Below the pieces are notes generated by a model. The model searched no databases, was not told the DNA's origin, and saw nothing but the letters and a program-made list of their open reading frames with translations. From Octopus sinensis (taxonomy: Eukaryota), in the NCBI RefSeq assembly GCF_006345805.1, contig NC_043001.1, positions 14,942,001 to 15,006,000 on the forward strand: 64,000 bases of DNA, written 5' to 3'. The stretch's first letter is position 1; the number at the start of each line of letters is the position of its first letter. Both the position numbers and the translations under genes were made by a program. Positions 37,716-52,034 of the stretch are shown here, piece by piece.

Positions 37716-38335
37716 ACATATATATATATATACACACACGTATATATAATATACACTTTATATATATGCACATATATATATGTATACACATTAAATATAT
37801 ATTTATACACACACACATGTATATATAAATTAACACAATATATCTGATTAATATCTTTTATGATTGTGCGTTGGTGGTGGGCGATAATAATTCACCATTC
37901 TAAAAGACCTGTAGTGGGAATATTTAAACTTTTGTGGCTGTCAACGCTTTCTCTCTATAGATACAGACAGACGTACAGTGAGAGAGGTGGTGGTAGAAAG
38001 AGTGACAGAGAGACGAAGCTGTCAAACGTCATTATAGAGAGAATGTGTAGGGAAGGGAGGAAAGAGAAATCGAGGAAGAGAGGGTGATATCCGAAAGAGA
38101 GAAACGACAAACATTTGTTAAAGTGTGGGTTTTGTTGCCCTAGTAACCACAGCTTTTGAGATAGGGATTTCGAAAACATATACGAAAAACAAGGACAGTA
38201 AAAAAAAAAATGGACAATGTTACACAAATACAATAAAAATAACAACAGGACATAACAACAGGTGTCTTTCGACTAAGGACGAAATAAAATTATAAAATTA
38301 TCGGCTTTTTTTCTTTTTCAAGACATACAAGCATA

Positions 38336-38860
38336 TGAGGTCTGATCAAAAAGTATTGGGTCTGTTCTTATAAAAAAAACAACAACAACAACACCACATA
38401 TCAATTTGGCATTTAAGCTCCATCGAAGTAGTTGCCTGAAGCCACACATTGTGCCCAGCGTTGTTTCCATTGCTGGAAATATATTCCTGGAACTTCTTTT
38501 CGGGGATAGTGAACACTTGGCTTGTTGCATTCTCTTAGATTTACTCGATGTCTCGAAACCTTGTTCAAATGGGATTCCTTTCGAGCCCTGGTTTCGGGGT
38601 CATAGATGACCATTTTCAAAAAGTTTTCATCAACACAATCAAGGAAATCCTAGCTGAAACCCAATCTTCTTTTGAGACGACCACGCCCTACACACTTTAC
38701 TTTCAAGCACTGCTATAAACAACAGAAGTGAATGAGAATGTTATATCTTAGTGTGCATACGCGACAAAGTTCAAGGCTACTCTCTACCAAGTGGCTTCAC
38801 CCTGTGTAATGTAACTCCGTTATTATAGCAAAAATCTCGATACTTTTTGACCAGGCCTTG
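38336..38860 (-). mobile_element. Internally deleted mariner element with both TIRs
   Basis: TA|TGAGGTCTGATCAAAAAGTAT ... ATACTTTTTGACCAGGCCTTG|TA; YDPET and QQWKQRWAQCVASGNYFDG motifs. Confidence 0.85.
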
Positions 38861-39140
38861 TAAGTATGGATTTTCTAAAGCTTCCTATAATATTCTTCAA
38901 ATCCACTGCCCAGGTAGTTACTATTTATGATGCACTGTTTGAGAACCACTGCAATTGGACATGTAACCAAGAACACTTCACTTAACAATCATTGTAGGGT
39001 AGTACATTTGCACCGGTGACACCGATTCCTTGTCGAGGATTTTGCTGTAGTTTTGAGAAATTTATCCAAGCCTGATGTCATTGACCCATTCTAAAGAGTA
39101 TTTAGGATCGTTTCATCTGCACTCTCTCTGGTTACTTTAA

Positions 39141-39769
39141 CCCTTCAGTATTCCGATTACCAGATTACTCTGTCAAATGTAAAGCTAATTTATAGGTTCA
39201 GGAGTGGCTATGTGGTAAGTAGCTTGCTTACCAACCACATGGACATGGATTCAGTCCCACTGTGTGGCACCTTGGACCAGTGTCTTCTACTATAGCTTCG
39301 GGCCGACCAAAGCCTTGTGAGTGGATTTGGTAAACAGAAACTGGAAGAAGCCCATTGTATATGTGTGTGTGTGTGTGTATCATTGTGTGTCTGTGTTTGT
39401 CCCCTCAACATCGCTTGACAACTGATGCTGGTGTGTTTATGTCCCTGTAACTTAGCGGTTCGGTAAAAGAGACCGATAGAATAAGTACTAGGCTTACAAA
39501 GAATAAGTCCTGGGGTCGATTTGCTCGACCAGAGGTGGTGCTCCAGCATGGCCACAGTCAAATGACTGAAACAAGTAAAAGAATAAAAGAATAAATACAT
39601 TGTTATGAATTTATCATGCATTATCTTGTAGCTCTGAGATTGTGATGACGTGATAGTTTATTTTTGGAATGGCATTGTATGATAGGTGTGAGAGGCCAGT
39701 TCTGGCTGGTTTCAACATAAAGCCAGTAGAATATTTGCACCAGATATGACTGGTTTAAATGCTAAAGGA
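39141..39769 (-). mobile_element. piggyBac-like MITE interrupted by SINE A (39194-39595)
   Basis: TTAA|CCCTT...AAAGGA|TTAA; homologous to 13874-14094. Confidence 0.75.
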
Positions 39770-40159
39770 TTAAAACAAAAAAAAAAAGCATGTTTATCTG
39801 ATTGATAACAGCTCTCAGTAATCCTATTTGTTACTCTGAGTACCTGATGAGGAAAATAGTTCACTTACTACTTCCCTAAAATGTTAGTCTGAATTATTTA
39901 GACTAGCGCTTCTCGGCTGGGGTTCCCTGGAACCTTAGGGTTCTGCTAAAGGTTTCTAGGGGTTTCACAAGAAAGAGTGAGATAAACTAATGCTAATTTC
40001 ATGATTGTAATATTACTATACAATCACAACATGTTATTGGTTATTGTAATATTATTATATAGACATCATCTTATCTCATCCATCATGTTATCAAAAAATA
40101 TATCAACCATTGGGGATATATTTAGTGATGTCTCTAATTTATGGACACCCTATATATAT

Positions 40160-41600
40160 ATGCAATGACTTATGGAAAATATACTTGAAAGAATCGATGA
40201 TGTCATCATTGATGACATATTTGAGTGGGATAATTCCAACAAAAACACGACAGGAGATTTAAACGAGTCCTTAACTGTGTGACTCAAGCAGGGCTTAACT
40301 AAACCCTGACAAAGTAGAACTGACAAAGACGAATTTGGTTACATTGGTCGTATACGACCCACAAATAAGCAAGATTTAGATTCTTGAGAATGGCTGAGTA
40401 TGTTGCAAAGTAAATTCCTAATTTATCTCACGTTTCAGTACCATTCCATGAGGTTATCAAAGATAACATTGAATTCGCATGGGATGATAAACACAGGAAG
40501 AGTTTTGATAAATTAAAAGAACTGATAACAAATGCTCCAGTTTTAGTGCATTTTGATGTCAAAAAACCAATCATACTTCCTGCAGGCAGCTCACAAGACT
40601 GTCTAGGAGCATGCGTATTACAAGATGGTCATTCCATCACTTATACATCATGTGCATTAATGCTAACATCCCCACCACCAAAAAGAAAAACAGTTATTCA
40701 CAAGAGAAGGAACTGCTAGCCATAGTCTTTGGATGTAGATGGTTCCATAACTATGTGTATGGAAAGACAGCATTAGCTGCAAATCATCACAAACCACATT
40801 GGTTTTCCAGAAGAATCTTTGTCAAGTAGATAGTCCAGAAACTGATTTTACATCTGGAAAGATATGGTTGCGGAATCACATACAAATATGGCAAAGAGTT
40901 AATTGTAGCTGATACTCTCTCTGGAGAATGTCCAAAGAAGCTGAATTGCTGGATATCAATGTTATCAACTCACTTCCAATGCCACTAATGAAACCAGAAC
41001 AGTTTCAGATTACAATCAGCCAAAATTTTAGTCTGACAGCACTGCGTGACATTATGTTAATTGGTTGACCGAAATCAAGAGAGGAATGTCCACTATCAAG
41101 TGATACCATATTGGGAGTTGTGAGATAAAATTGCATCTCATGACCAACCGCTTTTCAAAATTGACAGAGTAATCATTCCTGAATCGCTTAGCGGTGAGCC
41201 TGATTCACCAGTCATATCAAGGTATTATAAGAAATAAGTAGAGAGCCAGAGACGTCTGTTTTGGTTTGGTATAAATTCACAAATTCAGGAAGCAGTTGAA
41301 AAGTGTACCGTATCTGCCTAATTCCGAACTGACAACACTAAAGGACTGTTAATGCCTCATAAGATTCCACAACATCCTTGGTCAAAAGTTGTATTATTCT
41401 CGACTAATTATAGTGATTTCATTGTTATTGTTGACTATTACTTCACATTTGTTCAAGATAGACATGCTGAGCACCAAGCCTAATAAAGAAATATTATGAT
41501 CAACAGGCAGGAAAAGCACTTGGATTGTTGGAACCTGGTGATCACGTACAAATAAATGGCAGAGCATGGATACCAGAAACAGGAAGAAAAACATAAGCTG
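40160..41600 (+). pseudogene. Ty3/Gypsy LTR-retrotransposon pol remnant (RT, RNase H, integrase)
   Basis: IIDDI; SFDKLKELITNAPVLVHFDVKKP; LGACVLQDG; EKELLAIVFGCRWFHNYVYGK; GKELIVADTLS; QIQEAVEKC; LMPHKIPQHPWSKV; frameshifted, no LTRs found. Confidence 0.88.
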
Positions 41601-41960
41601 AGATTATATGTGAGCTAGATGACCACATAAATTTATGACACGTCCATCAAAAGAGTTTGATAGTCAATTTAGAGAACAGCAGACCATTCTTATGAACCAA
41701 ACTGTGAAGAACCAGTTGTGTCTGACCGAGTTGACCAGCCAACTCCTAATAAGCCGTCACCTCTAGAAGTTGGCAAAACTAACAAAAAGTGTTCATCTAA
41801 TTAACAAACCAATAAGATATAGAACTTAATCGGTTCTGAGACTGGCTTAAATAATGCCATCAGAACATGAGGCTAGTCTATTGCAGTGGAAAGCTTGGAA
41901 ATGTATTGATTTACTTTCCTTTGATTGTAAGATTATGGTTAATTATTATTATTAACCAGT

Positions 41961-42172
41961 ATGGTGGCAAGCTGGCAGAATCATTAGCACGCCAGGTGAA
42001 ATGCTTAGTGGCATTTCGTCTGCCTTGACGTTCTGAGTTCAAATTCCGCTGAGGTCAACTTTGCTTTTCATCCTTTCAGGGTCTATAAATTAAGTACCAC
42101 TGAAACACTGGGGTTGATGTAATCAACTAGTCCCATCCCCAAAGTCTCAGACCTTGTACCTTTGGTAGAAAG
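41961..42172 (+). mobile_element. SINE family B
   Basis: Nin motif; TSD TATTATTAACCAGT. Confidence 0.85.
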
Positions 42173-42249
42173 CATTATTATTAACCAGTGCAAGGCAATG
42201 TGTACAAGCAATGGCTGCCTGGTCAAGAAACAGGTGTGTTGTCTCTTCT

Positions 42250-42516
42250 CATTGACTGGCCTCCGTGCTGATGGCACGTAACAAACACCATCCGATCGTG
42301 GCCGTGCCAGCCTCACCTGGCACCTGTGTCAGTGGCACATAAAAAGCACCCACTACACTCTTTGAGTGGTTGGCGTTAGGAAGGGCATCCAGCTGTAGAA
42401 ACACTGCCAGATCTGACTGGCCTGGTGCAGCCTTCGGGCTTCCCAGACCCCGGTCAAACCGTCCAACCCATGCTAGCATGGAAAGCGGACATTAAACGAT
42501 GATGATGATGATGATG
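42250..42516 (+). mobile_element. SINE family D
   Basis: Meta motif and (GAT)n tail. Confidence 0.8.
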
Positions 42517-43344
42517 TCATTAAAATACAACATAACATCTCGCAGTTTGCAAACAAAATTTTTCTTCCTAAAGGTTCTATTCTAATATATGTCTGTAGTT
42601 TTAGGAGTGGAGTGGGGGATAAATTGTTTGGACTCTTTGAGCCTAATGGTGATCTATGTCCTAAAGTGGCCAATTGTACCTTAAGATGTCTCATGAAGTT
42701 GTCATTGGTCACCTATAATTACTCTTTAGAATTTGCTCTTATTCTTATTAGTTTGGTAAAAGAGATTGAAAGAATAAGTGTTAAACAATTTTTTAAAGCA
42801 TCAGATAAGCACTGGTAGTGATATGTTCAACTAAGCCCTTCCAGACATGCTCCAGCATGGCAACAGTCCACTGCCAGAAACAAATAAAAGATTGTTACTC
42901 TTTGCAATCACAGCCGAACGCACCATTTGGTCCTGGGTGTACAACCTGTTACTTTCTCTGCCACCGGCTATTACTTAATCCAACCCCCCTCCTGACACTT
43001 TTCATTTCTTTGGTGGGTTTTTTTTTCTTGATAATTTGATCTTTTATGTTTTTAATTCCTTTCTTTTCTTCCTGTGAAAATCGGTTGATGATAAAGTTAC
43101 CAAGCTGTGTGCTAACTAACCAGACTAAAATTACATACACTTGAAGCATATTTCTAATTTTCTTTTGGACTAATTGGTCAATATTCAAGTTGTTTATTTT
43201 CTCTGGCCCAAAACAGGATGCTTTAAAAATTTTTCCAGACACTTGAAATTTTAAAGTTTTTTCAAAACTTAAAAAAAAAATTTTCCACTCTGAAAATTAC
43301 AAATATATTTTTAAAAAAATTTTCCAAAAATTACAAATATATAG

Positions 43345-43635
43345 ACCCTGCCAGAGCCTCGTGGAGACTTAGGTGTTTTCGCTCAATAAACACACACAAC
43401 GCCCGGTCTAGGAATCGAAACCGCGATCTACCGACCGCAAGTCTGCTGTCCTCTCCACGCTACTGATGTTATCCAAGATAAAGGCAAAGGACATTGCAAC
43501 TCTTTTCTGCAACTGCTGGAGCCATGTGGAATAAAGTGTCTTGCTCAAGAACACAGCACACAGCCTGGTCCTGGAATTGAACTCACTATCTCATTGTGAG
43601 CCCTACGCTCTAACCACTGAGCCATGCGCCTTCAC
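43345..43635 (-). mobile_element. Fragments of SINE families C and E
   Basis: GAATCGAAACCGCGATC; GTGTCTTGCTCAAG..CTAACCACTGAGCCATGCGCC. Confidence 0.7.
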
Positions 43636-44385
43636 ACACATTGCGTGTAGTTTACTTATTAAACCCAATCTCTTGACACTGCTGTGTATTCATGGTCGGT
43701 GAAAGAGCAAAATCCTATTTGCTGCTGTTACGACAAAAGCCAGTCGTCAATCACTAAAAAGCCTTCGACAACCCTAATCCTGCTTAAATGCCACTCATCA
43801 TCGTTTATCTAATAATTCCATCTCATCCAGCAACATTACAAATTATCCACTTGACTTTCTGGCCATTATCTAGACTGACATTTTCTCTCTCCACTCTCTT
43901 TCGCTCTCCCTCTGGTCATTCTTATAACTTCTAATATGTGTGTGTACTTGTGTGTGTGTGTGTGTGTGTGTAATTTTTCCTGTGGTTTTGGCAGTGTGTT
44001 GTGCTTTTTCTGTACTGTAGATGTTGTTGTTGATATTGCTGTTGTTGTTGTTAAGCCCCAGGTCCAAAGAGTATTTGCAGATGTTGGTGAGTGTAGAGGT
44101 TCCTTCATCTTTGAGATGTTTCTAGATGTAGATTTGTAATTTTGTGTGGGCCACTGAGATATCAAAGTAATTAGTTTTCTCAATTAGTTCGTAAAAGTGC
44201 TTTTATTGTCTTCATTGGTGTGTGTGTGTGTGTGATAATGATAATTAATTGGTTGGTGGTCAGAGTACAGTTGGAAAATCGATTCTCGAATGGTTGTCAT
44301 ATCCAGATATGTAGAGCAGAAAGTGATGTCTGGGGAAGAGTTGATTTTGTTAGCTGGAGAAGCCTGTGTGTGTATTGGTGTAGAC

Positions 44386-44559
44386 CAGTGGTTCGCAAAC
44401 ATTTTCAGGCTGCTGCCCCACCGATACCCAGACCACATTCCTAGCACTCCCACCCCAACTAACCATTACAACCCCATTATCACCCCACTTTTCTTCAATA
44501 CCCCCTTGGAACTTTCCATTGCCCCCAGGGGGCAATACCGCCCACTTTGAGTACCACTG
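44386..44559. mobile_element. hAT-Charlie-type MITE
   Basis: TIR CAGTGGTTCGCAAA / TTTGAGTACCACTG; perfect 8-bp TSD GTGTAGAC. Confidence 0.9.
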
Positions 44560-44589
44560 GTGTAGACTATTTACGATGTAAAGGGAGTT

Positions 44590-44946
44590 AATTTGAAATT
44601 GTATTGTTAGTCTTCATGTAGGTAGGAGGGCTCTGAAAGGGTCTCAAGGAGTAGTATCCCTGCCTTCCTGATCTAGTTTTCCATCACATTTCTTAAAAAT
44701 TGTGGTAGCGGCCTCGGGACCACTTATGTCTAGAAACTGAGGTTGGAGGTAAGCAAGAGCATGCTCCCTATAGAAAATTCAGCTTCAAAAAACCCCTCAT
44801 GATAGCAAAGGAGAATGGGTACCAGCCAGCCCAAAGGTTGAGGTGGGCTGCACCTGCCTACCTCGGTTGCTATGGAATTGAGGTAGATCTGGTCACTCCC
44901 ATTAACGGGGACAAAAGCTGGATTTAAAACACTGGATGATGATGAT
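44590..44946 (+). mobile_element. SINE-like element with diverged Meta-like motif and (GAT)n tail
   Basis: GGTTGGAGGTAAGCAAGAGCATGCTCCCTATAGAAAA; single copy in window. Confidence 0.45.
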
Positions 44947-45679
44947 TGTTATTCTTAATGCTACCTATGTTATTGGTAAACCAGGTGGTGTTAAGTGTAT
45001 GGAAGTCACTAATGTTTTGGGAGTATTGAAGTGTGTGATTGGGATGTGTGACTATGGTGAACTGTTGGTGATGTTGATAGCGGCAAATATATGCTTATGT
45101 TTCATTTTTTTCTTTTGATATCTAGTATAGTACCTTTCCATTACTTGATAAATTCCATTTGTGGTAATAAATAGAATGAAAGTTTTATCTAGTGAGATCT
45201 CAACAGAGATTTGAACCCTATCTCTCAGATTTCCCCAGTCTAGGACCATAAACTAAAAGTGCCGCCATAAATGTGTCAGCATGAATATAGCTCAAGCAGT
45301 CAGCTTTGACTGACTTATTACGATTGGTGTGGCAAACTTCATAAGAAGTATGCAAGTTTTCTTGCCAAACAGTTTGACTGAAGTTTCTAGAAGGATAGCT
45401 AACAGTTATAAAAAGATGGCGAATTCAACCTAACCAGTGAGCCACTATTTGGGGGGATCAATATTACTTGTTTCAACAATTTGTTCTCTCTCCCCGATCT
45501 TTCTCTTTTAATTAACATAATTATGTTATCGTTAACAATAAGCACTAACATTCACTTGCAGTGTTCGTTAACACGTGTTAATTATATGCAGTGATTAATT
45601 TTCTTGCCTTACTTCTATTACATTATCCAGCAAGTTCTATACAGAAGATTCCTAACCATTATGTCCATGGAATATTGAT

Positions 45680-45960
45680 CTGGAATGGGAAGCACTCCGT
45701 CGGTTACGACGATGAGGGTTCCGGTTGATCTGATCAACGGAACAGCCTGCTCGTGAAATTAACGTGTAAGTGGCTGAGCACTCCACAGACACGTGTACCC
45801 TTAACGTAGTTCTCGGGAATATTCAGCGTGACACAGAGTGTGACAAGGCCGGCCCCTTGAAATACAGGTACAACAGAAACAGGAAGTAAGAGTGAGAGAA
45901 AGTTGTGGTGAATGAGTACAGCAGGGATCACCACCATCCCTACCGGAGCCTCGTGGAGCT
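45680..45960 (-). mobile_element. SINE family C body with tail type 3
   Basis: Reverse complement of 60540-60775. Confidence 0.8.
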
Positions 45961-46127
45961 AAATATAACGAGGCAGGTTAATAATGCATTAGGAAACTCA
46001 ATTAATGTAAGTGTGGTCATTGTCTACAAACCCAACCTTCCTAATGAGTAAACAGTATAAATACGTATATTATGTGGCCACCCTCACCGAAAAGGTGTCA
46101 TGCTCCTCAAAATGGCATACTGTTTTT

Positions 46128-47165
46128 ATATCTTTTACTTGTTTCAGTCAGTAGAATGTGGCCATGCTGGGGCACTGCCTTGAAGAACTTTGGTTGAGTG
46201 AATCGACCCCAGAACTTATTTTTATGTCCGATACTTATTCTATAAGTCACTTTTGCTGAACTGCTAAGTTATAGAGACACAAACACACCAACATCAGTTG
46301 TTAAGCAGTTGTAGGACACACGCACACACACGCACAAATATATGACAGGCTTCTTTCAGTTTCCGTCTACCAAATCCACTCACAAGGCTTCGATCAGCCT
46401 GAGACTATAGTAGAAGACACTTGCCAAAGGTGCCATGCAGCAGGATTGAACCTGGAACCATGTGGTTGGAAAGCAAACTTCTTACTGCACAGCCACTCCT
46501 GCACATGTGCATATACACGCACACATACACACACATATAGGTGCATGGTTTAGTGGTTAGAGTGTTGCATTCACGATTGCAAGACCGTGGGTTCGATTCC
46601 CAGACCGTGTGTTGTGTTGTGATCTTGAGCAAAGTACTTCATTTTACGTTGCTCTGTGATCCTTTCGACATCTGACAAATGGTGCCTGTTGCACCTGTAC
46701 AGGTAATGTTGATTTGAAGGAATGGGTGAGCTTATGTCTACATAAACATTTGATCACTATAAACAAATCGTTGTTCAGTAAGAAATTATCGAACCTTCAT
46801 ACGTCGTTTAATGATGGGAGGAAAAACATGGTAAATGAAGAAATATTACCTAATTTGGAAATGGATGAGGGTTAGCAACAGGAAGGGCGTCCAGCCATAC
46901 AAAAAAATCTGCCTCCACAAATTCTGTCTGACCCATGCAAGCATGGAAAAGTGGATATTAAATGGTATTCTATTCTTTTCCTTTATAACGATAATAGTGG
47001 GGTGCCACATAAAATCGCCCGTGTGACACAATGTAAAAGCACCCGTGCTGTGCCACATAAAAGCACCCATGCAGTGTCATGTAAAAGCACCCAGTACACT
47101 CTGTAAAGTAGTTGGCGTTAGGAAGAGCATCCAGCCGTAGAAACCATACCAAATTGAATCCAGGT
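46128..47165. mobile_element. SINE cluster: A (-, 46128-46503), E (+, ~46540-46800), D fragments (~46860-47165)
   Basis: Family motifs as above. Confidence 0.75.
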
Positions 47166-47233
47166 AAAAAGAAAAAAAAAGTCACATGTAATACCATCAT
47201 ATATAAAATGAGTTGTCAATATGTACAAGTCTC

Positions 47234-47862
47234 GAGGCGGTGAGCTGCAGACTTGTTAGCATGCTGAATGAAATGCTTAGTGGTATCCCATCTGTCTTTA
47301 CGTTCTGAGTTCAAATTCTTCCGAGGTTGACTTTGCCTTTCATCCTTTCAGGGTAGATAAATTAAGTACCAGTTGCAGACTGGGGTTGATCTAATCAACT
47401 GACCCCCTCCCTCAAAATTTGGGCCTTGTGCCTAGAGTAGAAAGGAATATGTACAAGTCTCAAGGCAGTGAGCTGGCAGACACTTGAGGACGCCGGACGA
47501 AATGCTTAGCGGTATCCCATCTGTCTTTACGCTCTGAGTTCAAATTTCACCGAGGTCAACTTTACCTTTCGTCTTTTCAGGGTTGATAAATTAAGTACCA
47601 GTTATATACTGCGATTGATCTAATTGACTGCCCCCGCCACTAAGATTTCAGGCCTTATGCCTAGAGTAGGAAAGAATATTTATATTATCTATGAAGGCGG
47701 TGAGTTGGCAGAAACGTTAGGATGCTGGGTGAAATGCTGAGCAGTATTTCGTCTCTCTTTACGTTTTGAGGTTGACTTTGCCTTTCATCCTTTCAGGGTT
47801 GATAAATTAAGTACCAGTTATGTACTGGAGTCAATCTAATCAACTGTCCCCCTCCCCCCCAA
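47234..47862 (+). mobile_element. Three tandem SINE family B copies
   Basis: Heads at ~47234, 47462, 47694; repeat AATATGTACAAGTCTC at 47218 and 47446. Confidence 0.85.
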
Positions 47863-48187
47863 ATAATACAAGACACTTGCCCAAGGTGCTATGCAGTGGG
47901 ACTGAACCTGGAACCATGTGGTTGGGATACAAGCTACTTACCACACAGCCACTCCCTTCTTTCCTAGACAAAATTGTTATTTTTTCTGTGACTTTATTAT
48001 CAGCCAAGGCCAAATCAGTCTGGGGTCTGGAGCAACTCCCCAGCCTGTCAGCTCTTGTCAAACCGTCCAACCCATGCCAGCATGGACAACAGATGATATT
48101 ACTATACAAGTGAGTGTTTATAGAGAAAATCCCCATACTACTAGATGTTATATAGATGATATCACCACACCAGTGGATGTATATAGA

Positions 48188-50236
48188 AGGCACAAGTGTG
48201 GCTGTGGGGTAAGAAGCTTGCTTACCAACCACATGGTTCTGGGTTCAGTCCCACTGCGTGGCACCTTGAACAAGTGTCTTCTGCTGTAGCCTTGGGCTGA
48301 CCAAAGCCTTGTGAGTGGATTTGGTAGACGAAAACTGTAAGAAGCCCGTCGTATATATACATATGTGTGTGTGTGTGTTTATGTCCTCATTTGTCCCCCA
48401 CCACCATTGCTTCACAACCGATGTTGGTGTGTTTACGTCCCCCATAGCTTAGCAGTTTCGCAAAAGAAAAATGATGATGATGATGATGATTCAAGGGAGA
48501 TTTGGTTGCTATTTCTAACAGACTCAATGACTAAACAAAGGCTCCCCACCCCCCAGTTAACTTGTTCTTTTTGTAGTATGGCAGTAGTGGTTGTGGTTAT
48601 TCTTGTCGTTGTATGGTGTTGGTTGTAGTGTTGTGAATGACATTGTTGTACATGTGATGCGGCGTTTGCAGTCTGTGGTGGCTGTCTCTCTCACCATAGC
48701 AACAGATCATAATTGATAGCTCACTCTTACACACAGTTGCTTGATCATACACACACACACACACACACACACAATCACACATGTGGTGTAAATAAACACT
48801 CACCCACAAATAGTCTAACACTCATATACACACAGTGGCACTGTTCAACCGATATCCTATAAACCCACACACACTGGTGCTGATATCCTCTATAATACAT
48901 AGCAACAGACACACACATACTGGTGTAGTGATCTCTCTCTCTCATATCGTTTACTGGTTTCAGTCATTAGACTGCGGCCATGCTGGAGCACTGACTTGAA
49001 GAATTTTAATGGTACTTTTTATTTTTAAACCTGGTCTTTTTTGCTGAACTGCTAAGCTATGGGGACATAAACACACCAACACCACATGTTAAGTAGTGGT
49101 GATGGTGGTGGGAACAAACACATTCACAAACACACACACACACACATAGATATATATATGTATACAACAAGCTTCCACACAGTTTCTTGTTTCTTTATTG
49201 CCCACAAGGGGCTAAACACAGAGGGTACAAACAAGGACAGACAAAGGGATTAAGTCGATTATATTGACCCCAGTGCATAACTGGTACTTATTTAATTGAC
49301 CCTGAAAGGATGAAAGGCAAAATCGACCTCGGTGGAATTTGAACTCAGAACGTAGCGGCAGACGAAATACCGCTAAGCATTTCGCCCGGCGTGCTAACGT
49401 TTCTGCCAGCTCGCTACCTTAGCTTCCACACAGTTTCTGTTTACCAAATCTACTCACATGGTTTTGGTCAGCCCGAGGCTATAAAAGAAAAAAAAACACT
49501 TGACCAGGGTGCCACGCAGTGGGACTGAACCTCGAACCACATGGTTGCAAAGCAAACATATTACCACACAGCCATGTTGTGTACACACACACACACAGTA
49601 AATACACTGATGCTACTGATCTATGTACACACAGCAACTCATCCTCCCATGTAGTGATTGACTGTGCCACGCACACATACACACACACACACATGCGCAC
49701 ACGTGCACACACGTATAGAAATACCTACACACTGGTGTACTGATCACTTACATATACACACACATTGCTGCTGATTTTCCCCTATACACCCTGTCTTATA
49801 AACACCCAGTTGCTGGTATTCCTTTATTCTTTTACTTGTTTGTCATTTGACTGTGGCCATGCTGGAGCACCATCTTAAAGGGGGGTTTTTTGTTCAAAGA
49901 ACTTGACCCCAGGACTTATTCTTTGCAAGCTTGGTACTTATTCTATCGGTCTCTTTTGCCAGACTGCTAAGCTATGAGGGACGTAAACACACCAACATCG
50001 GTTGTGAAGCAATGATGGTTGGGGGACAAATGAGGACATACACACACACACACACATATATATGTATATATACGACAGGCTTCTTACAGTTTCCGTCTAC
50101 CAAATCCACTCAAAAGGCTTTGGTCAGCCCAAGGCTACAGCAGAAGACACTTGTTCAAGGTGTCACACAGTGGGACTGAACCCAGAACCATGTGGTTGGT
50201 AAGCAAGCTTCTTACCCCACAGCTACACTTGCACCT
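48188..50236. mobile_element. SINE A copies (+ 48188-48468; - ~48950-49575 containing SINE B 49189-49420; - 49823-50236)
   Basis: Family motifs; SINE B flanked by TSD AGCTTCCACACAGTTTCT. Confidence 0.85.
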
Positions 50237-51242
50237 TCTATATACACTCACTGGTGTGGTGATATCATCTATATAACATCTAGTAGTATGGTGTTCTTCT
50301 CTATAAACATTCACTTGTATAGTAATATCATTTACATATATTCATTATTGCAGTAGTTTTCCTATATATACACCCACTCGTGAAATATCCTTTATGTACA
50401 TATATTGGTGTTGTGATATCGCTTATATATCCCCACTTTTGCAGTGATATCATCTGTGTACATCTACAGCTGTACTGACGTCCTCTATATACACCCACTC
50501 AGATAGTGATATCACCAACATACATTCGCTGGTGTGGTGATATCCTTTACATATGCCAAGTCTGGTGATATCACTTGTCTGCACCACGTGGATATACACA
50601 CAGCTTGGCTGTTCCATCAAGTACTCTTCCACCCTACTGCTGTCACTGAAGTGAAACTGTTTGATGCGTCAAGTCACCATGGAAACACTGCAAGTTGGTC
50701 TGCATTTCTCTGGATTTTTAACAATAATTGGTGTGGGTGGTGCCGAGTGGTGCCGAGTGGTGCAGTGATTGTAATGGTAGTAGTATAAGGGTGAAGTGTT
50801 GTGGCTGTAGTTTGTAATGGTGGTGGTGATGGTGGTGGTATTACATAAGTTGTGATAGTGGTTAAAGCAGTAGTAGTTTTGGTGCTAGTGCACTGGTTGT
50901 AGCATAGTGGTGCATTATGGTAATGGTGGTTGTATTCTATGGTGTATGTTGTAGTTGTAGTAGTAGTTGTAGTTTTGTAGTGGTTGAAGTGATTGTAGTA
51001 TATTGATGGTGGTGGCGTTTCACCCCAGGTCAACTCCCATTAAGCTGACCTATGGCCAAAGGCATTCCACCCATGGCCATCCTGTCTTTTTCCCTTAGTC
51101 AGAACACCCATTATCCAAAGTATCATTTTTTTTTTAAGATTATGGAAGTATGATTTGAGATGGATTAGGCTGCTATTTTTAGCAGGTAGGATGACCACGT
51201 ATGGGATCCCTTGTTTCTATGTGGTGCTGTCTTGTGTCTTAT

Positions 51243-51625
51243 GCTTGTTTCAGTTATTGGACTGCGACCATACTGGGACACCATCTTGAAGGGTTTAGTT
51301 GAGCAAATCGATCCCAATACTCATCTGTCTGTAACCCTGGTACTTATTCTATTGGTCACTTTTACCAAACTGTTAAGTCACAGTGACATGAACAAACCAA
51401 CACCTGATGTGAAGTAGTGATGAGTGGGATAAACACAAGCATTAAGACACACACGCATACTTATGTATATAGATATGGGCTTCTTTCAGTTTCCTTCTCC
51501 CAAATCCACTCACAAGGCTTTGGTCAGCCCGAGGCTATAGTAGAAGACACTTGCACAAGATGCCATGCAGTGGGACTGAACCTGGAACCATGTGGTTGGG
51601 AGGCAAACTTATCACACAACCATAT
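51243..51625 (-). mobile_element. Diverged SINE family A
   Basis: Reverse complement match. Confidence 0.8.
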
Positions 51626-51638
51626 CTTTATCTATTAA

Positions 51639-52034
51639 CTAGCGTTATCGCCCGGCATTGCTCGGGTTTGTTTCGACCCTTTAGAATTGGAATTTTTGAA
51701 AAGTAAAAATTTTGCATTATGTCGCTTGTTATTCTCTTTAAGTGAACGCTTTTCGGGTTGAAATACACCGAAAAATGTCGACACAGCAATCAAAAAATCA
51801 TAAAAAAAGTAGGGATTTTCATAGAAAAAAAAAGCACCTTTTTGATGTAAATAATTTTTGGTGTTAACATGGTCCGATTTGAATTTTTTCTTCTACGGAA
51901 GGAAGAACAAGCCTTCTTCTATCATACTCTCAATTTTGGTCAACTTGCGCTGCAGGGTCTTGGAGGAGATAGTGTTAGTTGAAGGCTACCAAACCTGCCA
52001 TACACAGACAACTTCAGCTTTATATATAGAGAGA
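51639..52034 (-). mobile_element. Non-autonomous Helitron, same family as 31001-31387
   Basis: A|CTAG..CCCGGCATTGCTCGGG ... TATATAGAGAGA|T. Confidence 0.85.

Noticed and set aside
39843-39870. Isolated CTGANGA hits (also ~2535, 10958, 33651, 62381)
   Set aside because: No stem II followed by GAAA, so not hammerheads
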